A stretch of 64,000 bases of DNA, from IMG/VR virus record IMGVR_UViG_3300032157_000005, positions 1-64,000 of that record; one strand, given 5' to 3'. Under the pieces are notes generated by a model. That model did not search any database. It was given only the letters and a program-made list of their open reading frames with translations, and had not been told where the DNA came from. The position numbers and the translations under genes are program-made. Position 1 is the stretch's first letter. Each line of letters starts with the position of its first letter. Positions 8,201 through 15,659 of this stretch are shown piece by piece. This DNA is from a virus.

Positions 8201-8439
8201 TGCGCGGCGCGGGGCCCAGGGCCATCGGGGTGTCGTTCCCGGAACCGATGGTCCTGACCGTGACGTGCACCGACCCGGCGCGGGGGTCGTTCTTCGACGT
8301 GCAGCGACCAGGCCAGGACGCTAGACGGCAGGGACTGGAACCTGGGGAAAAATTTTCCTGTAGATTACTGGCCGGCCCTGCGGATATAACCTTCGGCTAC
8401 GCCACGGAATTCGTCTTCGAAGTGGAAGGTGCAGCATGA
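8200..8439 (+). CDS. Hypothetical small protein containing a rare-codon island
   Basis: TGATG overlap. 79 aa. Codons 41-67 (8320-8400) are atypical (AGA, GGA, CCT, AAA, TTT, TGT, TTA, ATA). Confidence 0.55.
   Translation: MRGAGPRAIGVSFPEPMVLTVTCTDPARGSFFDVQRPGQDARRQGLEPGEKFSCRLLAGPADITFGYATEFVFEVEGAA
8346..8358. repeat. Perfect 13-bp palindrome GGAAAAATTTTCC
   Basis: Read directly. It lies in the rare-codon island of ORF 8200..8439. Confidence 0.7.
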
Positions 8440-8651
8440 ACTGGCTGCGGTGCACGGAGTGCCGGCACGAATTCAGTCCGGAAGACCAGCGGCAGGAAGA
8501 TCCCCACACCTGGGGCCACCCCTGTCACCAGACCAGCGGCCGGCCGATGGCCTGCGAATCATTCCGGGAACCGTTCGTGCCGGTGGACGAACTGCTGGCG
8601 ACCGACGACGGGATGCCTGAGCCGGACGACCGGCAGCTGGATCTGCTATGA
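8436..8651 (+). CDS. Small zinc-ribbon-like protein
   Basis: ATGA overlap. CTEC..HPCH motif, acidic C-terminus. Confidence 0.55.
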   Translation: MNWLRCTECRHEFSPEDQRQEDPHTWGHPCHQTSGRPMACESFREPFVPVDELLATDDGMPEPDDRQLDLL

Positions 8652-8953
8652 CGACGGCCTGGTGCCAGACCTGTCGGGCCCTGATGCTGGACGGGAAGAC
8701 GTGCCCCGAGTGCCGGCGGCGGCGGGCCTGGGGCGTGATCAACGATGCGATCCACGAACTGCTGCCCCAGCGGCCCAGCGGGGTCTTCGAAGAACTGGAA
8801 GCCGTGGCCCTGCTGATGCAGGAACGGCAGGCCCTTATTCACCAGCACCGTCGGGATATGCGCGACGAAGCACGGGCGGCCCAGCGGGACAGCCGGGACA
8901 GCTACATCCAGGGGCACGATGAAGGCCGGCGCGAAGGGCGGGGGGACTGGTGA
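8648..8953 (+). CDS. Small zinc-ribbon protein
   Basis: ATGA overlap. CQTC..(9)..CPEC followed by a helical region. Confidence 0.6.
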   Translation: MTTAWCQTCRALMLDGKTCPECRRRRAWGVINDAIHELLPQRPSGVFEELEAVALLMQERQALIHQHRRDMRDEARAAQRDSRDSYIQGHDEGRREGRGDW

Positions 8954-10089
8954 GCAGCATCACGGACGGGGATCTGCGGCGGTCGGCGGTCGAAGCGTTC
9001 GGCTGTCCCTACCGTTACGAGCAGATCCACCTGAAGAACGTGGACGACACCGGGGACGAAGCCCTGCGGGGTCGGGCGTTCCATTCGGCGGCCTGGATCT
9101 ACATTCTGCGGCTGGCGGCCAAGCAGGTGCCGGCGGACCACGATGAAGCGATGTTTGCCCTGCGGAACGGGTTCAAGATCACGGGCTGCCCGGACCACCT
9201 GGTGGCCCACGTCGAAGCCCTGTTCAACCGGTTCGCGGCCCGGTTCGAACTGGACCTGGATGCGTTCTTCGCGGCCGAGCAGATCGAAAAGCGGGGCCGG
9301 CGGACCTTCCGGCCGGACCTGGTATACATCCGGCCGGGCGAAGTCGAAATCAAGGACTTCAAGACCTACTACAAGGGGCTGACCGAACAGCAGGCCCGGC
9401 AGGAACTACAGCTGCGGTGGTATCTGGTCGAAGCCCTACATGCCTGGCCGGGGTTCCAGCGGTATCGGTTCACGTTCGTCTTCGTCCGTCTGGGCTACGA
9501 AGTCAGCCTGGTGTTCACCCCGGAAGAAATCGAAGCGATGGAACCAGGGGTCCAGGGGGCCATCGACGCGGTGGTAGAAGCGGAAGCCACCGGCCAGTTC
9601 CCGGCCCTGCCTGGCAGCCACTGCAGCCTGTGCCGAATCAGCTGCCCAGTGGTCGATGCCCCCGAGCGGACACCGATCCGGATCACCAGCGAAGCCCAGG
9701 CCCTGGACCTGTTCGGCCAGCTGCTGGCCCTGGACCAGCGACGGAAGACGATCCGGAAGACCCTGGCGGACTTCGTAAAGGTGCACGGCCCGGTGGCCCT
9801 GCGGGGGCAGATCGCCCAGCATGTCCCGATGGACAGCCAGCGGTTCCCCCTGGACGCGGTGGTCGAACACGTGCCAGACACGATGCGGCAGAACCTGATC
9901 ACGGTCAGCGCGGACGCCCTGAAGCCGATCTGGCGGAAGGTGAAGCTGATGCCGGGCACCCTGCTGGACAAGGTGATCACCAGGCGCGGCTGGCGGTTCA
10001 AGCACGGGAAGGCCGGCGAAGTGGTCCCGGACGGACTGGTGGACGTGCTGGCGAATGAAGGGGGCGATGATGACGACAACGGGGATTGA
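8950..10089 (+). CDS. Cas4/RecB-like PD-(D/E)XK nuclease with a putative Fe-S cysteine cluster
   Basis: GTGA overlap. Motifs RPDLVY..(7)..VEIKDFKT (D..ExK) and QLRWYL (QxxxY-like). N-terminal GCPYRY cysteine plus C-terminal HCSLCRISCP. Confidence 0.75.
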   Translation: MSSITDGDLRRSAVEAFGCPYRYEQIHLKNVDDTGDEALRGRAFHSAAWIYILRLAAKQVPADHDEAMFALRNGFKITGCPDHLVAHVEALFNRFAARFELDLDAFFAAEQIEKRGRRTFRPDLVYIRPGEVEIKDFKTYYKGLTEQQARQELQLRWYLVEALHAWPGFQRYRFTFVFVRLGYEVSLVFTPEEIEAMEPGVQGAIDAVVEAEATGQFPALPGSHCSLCRISCPVVDAPERTPIRITSEAQALDLFGQLLALDQRRKTIRKTLADFVKVHGPVALRGQIAQHVPMDSQRFPLDAVVEHVPDTMRQNLITVSADALKPIWRKVKLMPGTLLDKVITRRGWRFKHGKAGEVVPDGLVDVLANEGGDDDDNGD

Positions 10090-10282
10090 CTGGGGATCCG
10101 GTGAGTCGAAGGCGGCCTGGCAGGTGCGGTGCCAGTGCGGCGCGACGGTGGCGGCCGGCGAAGGCCCGGCCCCCAGCCAGACGGAAGTGGAACAGATGGT
10201 CCAGGGCCACCAGCACCTGGCGGAAGCCACCAGCGGGGTGCACCGGCTGCAGGTGGTGACACGGGGCCGGATCACCGAATAG
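10067..10282 (+). CDS. Hypothetical small protein
   Basis: ATG 10055, 10067 or 10070 in ORF 10055..10282, with AAGGGGG just upstream of the ATGATG pair. CQCG motif. Confidence 0.5.
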   Translation: MMTTTGIDWGSGESKAAWQVRCQCGATVAAGEGPAPSQTEVEQMVQGHQHLAEATSGVHRLQVVTRGRITE

Positions 10283-10285
10283 GTG

Positions 10286-10314
10286 TAGACGCTACCACCC
10301 AAATGAAGTAAAGT
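10286..10314 (+). promoter_or_regulatory. Candidate sigma70-type promoter P4
   Basis: TAGACG (10286-10291), 17-nt spacer, TAAAGT (10309-10314), in the AT-rich gap before the SMC-like gene. Confidence 0.45.
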
Positions 10315-10355
10315 TTTTCCTGCCGGACGTGCGGGGCCGGCGGAAGGGGAACGCT

Positions 10356-12281
10356 ATGCGATTGCGACGGCTGGAACTGCAGAATTTTCGGAACTACGGA
10401 CACCTTACCCTGGACTTCGACCAGCCCAGGACCCTACTGCTGGGGGAGAACGGGACCGGGAAGTCCACGATCTTCGACGCGATCCAGTGGCTGCTGACCG
10501 GGCAGTGCCGGGGGGTGGACGGCAAGGGGGCCGGCCAGAAGGACCTAATCAAGCTGGGCCAGGACGCCATGACGGTCACGGGGGTGTTCGACACCCTGGG
10601 CCCGGTCAGCCGGTCCATTGCGCGGAACGGATCGGCCACGTCGTCCCTGCCAGTCGATGCCATCCTGGGGAAGCTGGGGGTGTCGGCCGGGATGCTGGCC
10701 ACGGTCCTGGCCGGGCGGGCGTTTTTCACGATGCACCATGCGGACGCGAAGGCCCTGCTGATGCAGCTGCTGAACGTGCGGATCCCGAAGGACAAGCTGC
10801 CGGGCGTGGACCTGCCGGACAGCGTGGCGGACGTGGACCTGGGCTACCTGGAACAGCTGTATGACAAGGCATTCCAGGACCGTAAAACACTGAAGGCGAC
10901 CCTGGCTGGCATCCACGTGCCCGACCCGCCGAAGGTGGTGCAGATCGACCTGGGCGGGAAGACCCTGGCCGACGTGCAGAAGCAGCTGGCGGCCGATAAC
11001 CAGGGCATCCTGAACGCGGTCCGGGACCAGACCCGAGCCGAACACGACCTGCAGCAGAACCGGAACCGGCTGGCCACGGCGAAGACCCAGGCGGCGACGG
11101 TCGAACAGCTGCGGGGGACCAGGACGGCCCACCAGGACATGCTGACCCAGCACCAGGCCCAGCTGCGGGACGCGGAAGCGGCCGTGGCGGCGGCGGAAGC
11201 CGAGCAGGCCGAACCGACCGGAGCCCTGGAAGTGCAGCTGCGGGAAGCGGCCAGCCTGATCGACAAGATCGAACGCCACACCCAGGCGACGACAGCCCAG
11301 CCGGCGGCCACCGGCAAGGGGAAGAAAAAGACGATCCCGGTGGCGACGGAAGGCCATGCCTGTGTCCTGTCGGCGGCGATCCCGTGCCTGACGGCGATCA
11401 GCGAATTCCAGGGGCAGGTGGCCCTGCTGCAGTCCCAGCAGAAGAACCTGGAAGCCCGGATCCGGGCCGGCAGCGAACGGACCCGGAAGATCGCCCAGGC
11501 CCAGCAGGCCGTGAAGGAATCCGAACGACACGTGACCTACCACCAGGCCCAGGTGAAGGACGCGGATCAAAAGATCGCGGCGGCCGAAGCGGCGGCGGCG
11601 ACCATCCCAGACCTGCAGGCCCTGATCGACCAGCAGGACGCGGCGGTGGCGGCCGGCGCGGCGGCCATCGACACCCGGCGGGCGGGGGTGGCCACCCTGA
11701 ACCAGCAGGTGGCGGCCCTGGCGACCTACGAACAGGCCCAGCGGGACCATGCAGCGGCGAAGCAGCGGAAGGACGACGCGGACGCGAAGGTCACGAAGGC
11801 CGAAGACCTGGTGACCCTGCTGGGCCCGAAGGGGCTACGGCTGCAGTATCTGGACGCGGCCCTGACGGACTTCCTGATGGCGATCAACGCGGCCCTGGAA
11901 CCGTTCGGGTTCGCGGTGGCGATCAACGTGGACCCGTGGCGGGTCGAAGTGCAGCGTGGTCCTGGGGCCGGCTGGGTGCGGTTCGAACTACTCAGCACCG
12001 GCCAGCAGCTGTGGACGGCCCTGGCGTTCCAGCTGACCCTGGCGGCCATGAGCGGCCTGGAATTCGCGGTCCTGGACGATGCCCAGAACGTGGTCGGGAT
12101 CAATCGGGCGGTGCTGACCGAACTGATCCTGAACGCCCCGGTGGACCAGGTGCTGGTGGCCATGTCGAAGGCCGACGACGAAGTGGCCCCCGACATCGAC
12201 GGGCTGCAGGTGGTTCGGGTCGGAGCCGGCGACACCGAACGCGAACACCAGGCGGTGGCGGCGATGAACGCCCCTATGTGA
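10356..12281 (+). CDS. SMC/Rad50/SbcC-family coiled-coil ATPase
   Basis: Start at Met10 of ORF 10329..12281 with GGAAGGGGAACGCT upstream. Walker A GENGTGKST, long Ala/Gln-rich coiled coil, signature LSTGQQ, Walker B FAVLDDA. No adjacent Mre11/SbcD-like gene. Confidence 0.85.
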   Translation: MRLRRLELQNFRNYGHLTLDFDQPRTLLLGENGTGKSTIFDAIQWLLTGQCRGVDGKGAGQKDLIKLGQDAMTVTGVFDTLGPVSRSIARNGSATSSLPVDAILGKLGVSAGMLATVLAGRAFFTMHHADAKALLMQLLNVRIPKDKLPGVDLPDSVADVDLGYLEQLYDKAFQDRKTLKATLAGIHVPDPPKVVQIDLGGKTLADVQKQLAADNQGILNAVRDQTRAEHDLQQNRNRLATAKTQAATVEQLRGTRTAHQDMLTQHQAQLRDAEAAVAAAEAEQAEPTGALEVQLREAASLIDKIERHTQATTAQPAATGKGKKKTIPVATEGHACVLSAAIPCLTAISEFQGQVALLQSQQKNLEARIRAGSERTRKIAQAQQAVKESERHVTYHQAQVKDADQKIAAAEAAAATIPDLQALIDQQDAAVAAGAAAIDTRRAGVATLNQQVAALATYEQAQRDHAAAKQRKDDADAKVTKAEDLVTLLGPKGLRLQYLDAALTDFLMAINAALEPFGFAVAINVDPWRVEVQRGPGAGWVRFELLSTGQQLWTALAFQLTLAAMSGLEFAVLDDAQNVVGINRAVLTELILNAPVDQVLVAMSKADDEVAPDIDGLQVVRVGAGDTEREHQAVAAMNAPM

Positions 12282-12292
12282 CCGGTCGGAAC

Positions 12293-12335
12293 GGTTTTCC
12301 ACAACGTCAACAGGTTTTCAACAACCCCATAAGGT
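12293..12335 (+). promoter_or_regulatory. Direct repeat with DnaA-box-like cores, plus a candidate promoter
   Basis: GGTTTTCCACAAC (12293-12305) and GGTTTTCAACAAC (12313-12325). TTTTCCACA is one mismatch from the E. coli DnaA box TTATCCACA. TCAACA, 17-nt spacer, TAAGGT (12330-12335) lies 4 nt before ATG 12340. Confidence 0.35.
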
Positions 12336-12339
12336 AGAC

Positions 12340-12687
12340 ATGACCGACGAAACCACTACAAAAAGGGACTTGCCCGGAACGGATGGGCCGGCCACAATGT
12401 CCGACACCGACGGACAAGCCCCGAAGGAATCCCTGGCGAAGCGGCTGAACGCGGACCGGCTGAAGCGACGAATGACCTGGCCGGCCTACGCTCAGTTCCT
12501 GGGCGTGAAACTGTCCACGGTCTACAAGATCGCCACGGAAAAGACGACGAAGCCCCACGAACTGACCGTGGCCCAGATCGAAGAACGGATCCAGCTGCCG
12601 GTGAGCCCGGCAGCCACTACTGCGGAAGGTGCGGCCGATGCGGTGGTATCAAGTGGACAGCGACACCCCGAACGATCCGAAGATTAG
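12340..12687 (+). CDS. Helix-turn-helix DNA-binding protein
   Basis: MTWPAYAQFLGVKLSTVYKIATEKT fits an XRE/Cro-type HTH. First gene of the replication block. Confidence 0.7.
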   Translation: MTDETTTKRDLPGTDGPATMSDTDGQAPKESLAKRLNADRLKRRMTWPAYAQFLGVKLSTVYKIATEKTTKPHELTVAQIEERIQLPVSPAATTAEGAADAVVSSGQRHPERSED

Positions 12688-13591
12688 GCGACTGCTGGAC
12701 GAAGCGATCCGGCTGTCGGCGGTGGCAGGCCGGGACGGCCGGCTGGACGCGGCGGCGGCGATGGGGCACCTGTTCCTGATCTGGTGTTTCGTGGCGAACC
12801 ACGGGGCCCAGCCAGGCTACGGGGTGAAGGCCGACGGCCGACCCCTGGACCTGTCGGACCTGACCTACGCGGCCCTGTTCGACACGGGGGACGATCTGCG
12901 GGCCTTCCTGGACGACCTGGCCGAACGCGGCCTGATCGGGAAGGACGAATGGGCCCAGGGGATCGTCTTCCTGCCGGCGATGAAGGCGCGGGCGGATGCC
13001 TATGCGAAGTCGAAGGGTCGGGGCCCTGGCGGGGAACCCGAGCCCGGACGGGGAAAGGCGGGCCGGTCCGGGGGATCGCGGGCCCCGGCGGGCCCTACGG
13101 GCCCAATACATAACACTACAAGACAGGACACTACCCCAGAAGATCCTGATCCTTCGGCACCTGCGGTGCCGGACCTACTGGCCGACGGCGGGGAAGACAA
13201 CGTGGACGCCCTGGTCCGGATCTGGAATGCCGGGCGGGTGCCTGGGCCCCACGTGCGGGACATCACCCCCCAGCGGCGGGCGGCCTACGGCCGAGCCCTG
13301 AAGGCGAAGCCGGACCTGAACCACTGGCGGATCGTGATCCAGTGGCTGAACCGGCAGAAGTGGTGTAATGCCGGCGGCGGGGAGAACCACCCGACCTGGC
13401 GGGCGGATCTGGACTGGCTGGCGAAGCCGGGCCAGCTGGCGAAGTATCTGGACAAGGCCCTGATGGAACGGCCGGCGCGGGCCGACGGGACCACGGGCCG
13501 GGACGCGGCGCGGGGCCGGACCGGATCGAAGCGTGGGGAATTCGCGGCAGCCCTGGAAGGGGGCGACGACGATGGCGGGAAGGTTCACTGA
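12638..13591 (+). CDS. Putative replication initiator or replisome-organiser-like protein
   Basis: ATG 12638 with GGAAGG 8 nt upstream. N-terminal MRWYQVDSDTPNDPKIRRL..GHLFLIWCF resembles phage replisome-organiser N-domains. Immediately upstream of the DnaC-like loader. Confidence 0.5.
   Translation: MRWYQVDSDTPNDPKIRRLLDEAIRLSAVAGRDGRLDAAAAMGHLFLIWCFVANHGAQPGYGVKADGRPLDLSDLTYAALFDTGDDLRAFLDDLAERGLIGKDEWAQGIVFLPAMKARADAYAKSKGRGPGGEPEPGRGKAGRSGGSRAPAGPTGPIHNTTRQDTTPEDPDPSAPAVPDLLADGGEDNVDALVRIWNAGRVPGPHVRDITPQRRAAYGRALKAKPDLNHWRIVIQWLNRQKWCNAGGGENHPTWRADLDWLAKPGQLAKYLDKALMERPARADGTTGRDAARGRTGSKRGEFAAALEGGDDDGGKVH
13106..13153 (+). other. AT-enriched, rare-codon patch with short direct repeats inside the organiser gene (ori candidate)
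   Basis: ACACTAC at 13113-13119 and 13128-13134, and GATCCTGATCCT at 13142-13153, within the linker coding IHNTTRQDTTPEDPDP. Confidence 0.3.
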
Positions 13592-14282
13592 TCCGACGTG
13601 CGACACCTGCCAGGATCTGGGCTGGGAACCGGTGGTCGATGAAGCCGGCACCCGACGGACCCGACACTGCACGAAGTGTGACTACTGGGAACGGAAACGC
13701 GGCTACGCCCCAGGGGTCCCGGATGAAGCCAGGGAAGTCCGGCTGGCCAGCTACGGCGACACCCTGGCGAAGACGGACCAGAACGACGACGCGATCAGGC
13801 AGGCCGACTACTTCGTGAAGGACGTGCACCCCGGCCTGTATATCCACGGGGATGTCGGCAGCGGGAAGACCCTGCTGGCCTGTGCCATCCTGAACGACCT
13901 ACACCGGGCCCAGCGGCGGGTCCGGTTCATTCGGTGCCAGGAACTGCTGAACAAGCTGATGCCGGGGTCGGACCAGGTGGACGTGCTGTTCGACCAGGTG
14001 GTGGCGGTCCCGGTCCTGGTGCTGGACGACGTGGGGGCCAGCCAGGGCACGGACTTCGCCCGGCGGATGCTGCTGTCGATCTACGAAGGCCGGCAGGATC
14101 GGAGCCACCGAACGGTCTGGACTTCGAACCTGGACCTGGACGAACTGACCGAATTCCTGGGCGACGACAAGCGGCTGCCATCCCGGATCGCGGGGACGGC
14201 CAAGATCGTCCGGCTGGACGGGCCGGACTACCGGCTGAAGGCGGCGCGAAAGCGGGCAACGAAAGCGGCGGCCGTGTCGTAG
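13572..14282 (+). CDS. DnaC/IstB-like AAA+ helicase loader
   Basis: Start at Met14 of ORF 13533..14282. N-terminal Cys pairs (CDTC..CTKC), Walker A GDVGSGKT, Walker B VLVLDDVG. Confidence 0.85.
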   Translation: MAGRFTDPTCDTCQDLGWEPVVDEAGTRRTRHCTKCDYWERKRGYAPGVPDEAREVRLASYGDTLAKTDQNDDAIRQADYFVKDVHPGLYIHGDVGSGKTLLACAILNDLHRAQRRVRFIRCQELLNKLMPGSDQVDVLFDQVVAVPVLVLDDVGASQGTDFARRMLLSIYEGRQDRSHRTVWTSNLDLDELTEFLGDDKRLPSRIAGTAKIVRLDGPDYRLKAARKRATKAAAVS

Positions 14283-14283
14283 G

Positions 14284-14955
14284 ATGGCCATCGACTACAG
14301 CCAGAAGGGCTGGGGGTTCCCGAAGACGGGGCAGACCCCGAAGACAAGGAAGGACAAGCGGAACCGGGACGCCAGATCCGTGGCGGCTGACGACCGTGGT
14401 AAGGTCTACGACCGACAGCGGTATCAGTGCTTCGCCTGGGGGGTCAGCCCGGTCTGCACGGGCCGGTGCCACCACCCCCACGAACTGGTGCCGGTATCGC
14501 GGGGCGGCAGGCGGGAATCCTGGAACCGGGTGGGGCTGTGCAGCAGCTGCCATGCAGCCACGGACGCGACCCTGGGCGGCCGGCGGCTACACTTCGACTG
14601 GCCAGGGAAGGCGGAAGGCAAGCCCCCGAACGCGGACAAGCAGGGGCACGTAACCTGCCGATGGCAGGAAAGGGGAACGCGGCATGGACGGGCGGATCGA
14701 ACGGGTGATCGAAGACAAAGGGTTCGGGTTCCTGAAGGACAGCCTGGGCACGGAACGGTTCTTCCACGCCAGCCAGGTCCAGAACCTGCCGGGCAAGTTC
14801 ACGAAGGCGGCCCTGGTGAACCGGGCGGTGACCTTCGACCCCGACAAGGGACCGAAGGGGGACCGGGCGGTGAACGTGCGGCTGACGGACTGACGACTAC
14901 ACCGGGGACCACCGACCGGCGGGCAAGTGGAACGACGGGGCCGGGCGGCCCATAA
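14284..14955 (+). CDS. HNH endonuclease; the ORF runs on without a stop across the next gene
   Basis: CFAWGV..C..HHPHELVPVSRGG..WNRVGLCSSCH matches the HNH motif. Past about 14660 the frame uses poor codons but has no stop until 14955. Confidence 0.7.
   Translation: MAIDYSQKGWGFPKTGQTPKTRKDKRNRDARSVAADDRGKVYDRQRYQCFAWGVSPVCTGRCHHPHELVPVSRGGRRESWNRVGLCSSCHAATDATLGGRRLHFDWPGKAEGKPPNADKQGHVTCRWQERGTRHGRADRTGDRRQRVRVPEGQPGHGTVLPRQPGPEPAGQVHEGGPGEPGGDLRPRQGTEGGPGGERAADGLTTTPGTTDRRASGTTGPGGP
14684..14893 (+). CDS. Cold-shock-domain protein
   Basis: IERVIEDKGFGFLKD (RNP1-like) and ERFFHASQV (RNP2-like). GAAAGGGGAACGCGGC upstream. Preferred codons. Confidence 0.85.
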   Translation: MDGRIERVIEDKGFGFLKDSLGTERFFHASQVQNLPGKFTKAALVNRAVTFDPDKGPKGDRAVNVRLTD

Positions 14956-15008
14956 CCCAACCTGGCCAGGTGGCCCCCGGTGAAGTCGTCACGAAAGGGG
15001 AAAACCCG

Positions 15009-15659
15009 ATGAAGTGTTTCAGCTACATGCAGCCCTGGGCATCCCTGGTGATCCTACGGGAAAAGCGGAACGAAACCCGAAGCCGGAACTACACCGTGCT
15101 GGCCGGGCGGTGGCATGCCGTGCACGCCAGCAGCACCTGGACGCCAGGCCAGCGGGCCCTACTGCACCAGGAACCCTTCCGGGATCGGCTGGCGGCCCAC
15201 GGCATCACGGCCGGCAACGCGGTCCACGAAATCTTCCCCAGGGGAGCGATCATCGGGGTGGCCTTCGTCGGCTGGCTGGCCCCGAGTGATTCAGCGACCA
15301 GCCCGATCACCCTAACCGACCAGGAACGGGCCTTCGGGAACTACGGCCCAGGGCGGTGGATCTACGGCATCACCCAGGTGTTCAAGCTGGTCCGGCCGAT
15401 CCTGTTCACGGCCAGGCTGGGAGTATTCGACCTGCCCGAACCGGTGGCCCACCAGGTCCTGGTCGGCCTGCAGTGGCAGCGGGACCTGCCGGCGGAACTG
15501 ACCAGCGCGGACCTGCTGCAGGAAGCCATCGACCAGGAAGTGGCGCGGCAGGCCCTGCGGCAGGAAGTGGACCAGGCCCTGGACACCCTGCGGGGACGCC
15601 AGCGCGACACCCGAACCCCCATCGAACGGATGATCGACAAGGCGGTGGGCCGTGGCTGA
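15009..15659 (+). CDS. ASCH-domain-like protein with a C-terminal helical extension
   Basis: Start at Met14 of ORF 14970..15659 with GGGGAAAACCCG upstream. MQPWASLVILREKRNETR..WHAVHAS pattern typical of ASCH proteins. Confidence 0.65.
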   Translation: MKCFSYMQPWASLVILREKRNETRSRNYTVLAGRWHAVHASSTWTPGQRALLHQEPFRDRLAAHGITAGNAVHEIFPRGAIIGVAFVGWLAPSDSATSPITLTDQERAFGNYGPGRWIYGITQVFKLVRPILFTARLGVFDLPEPVAHQVLVGLQWQRDLPAELTSADLLQEAIDQEVARQALRQEVDQALDTLRGRQRDTRTPIERMIDKAVGRG

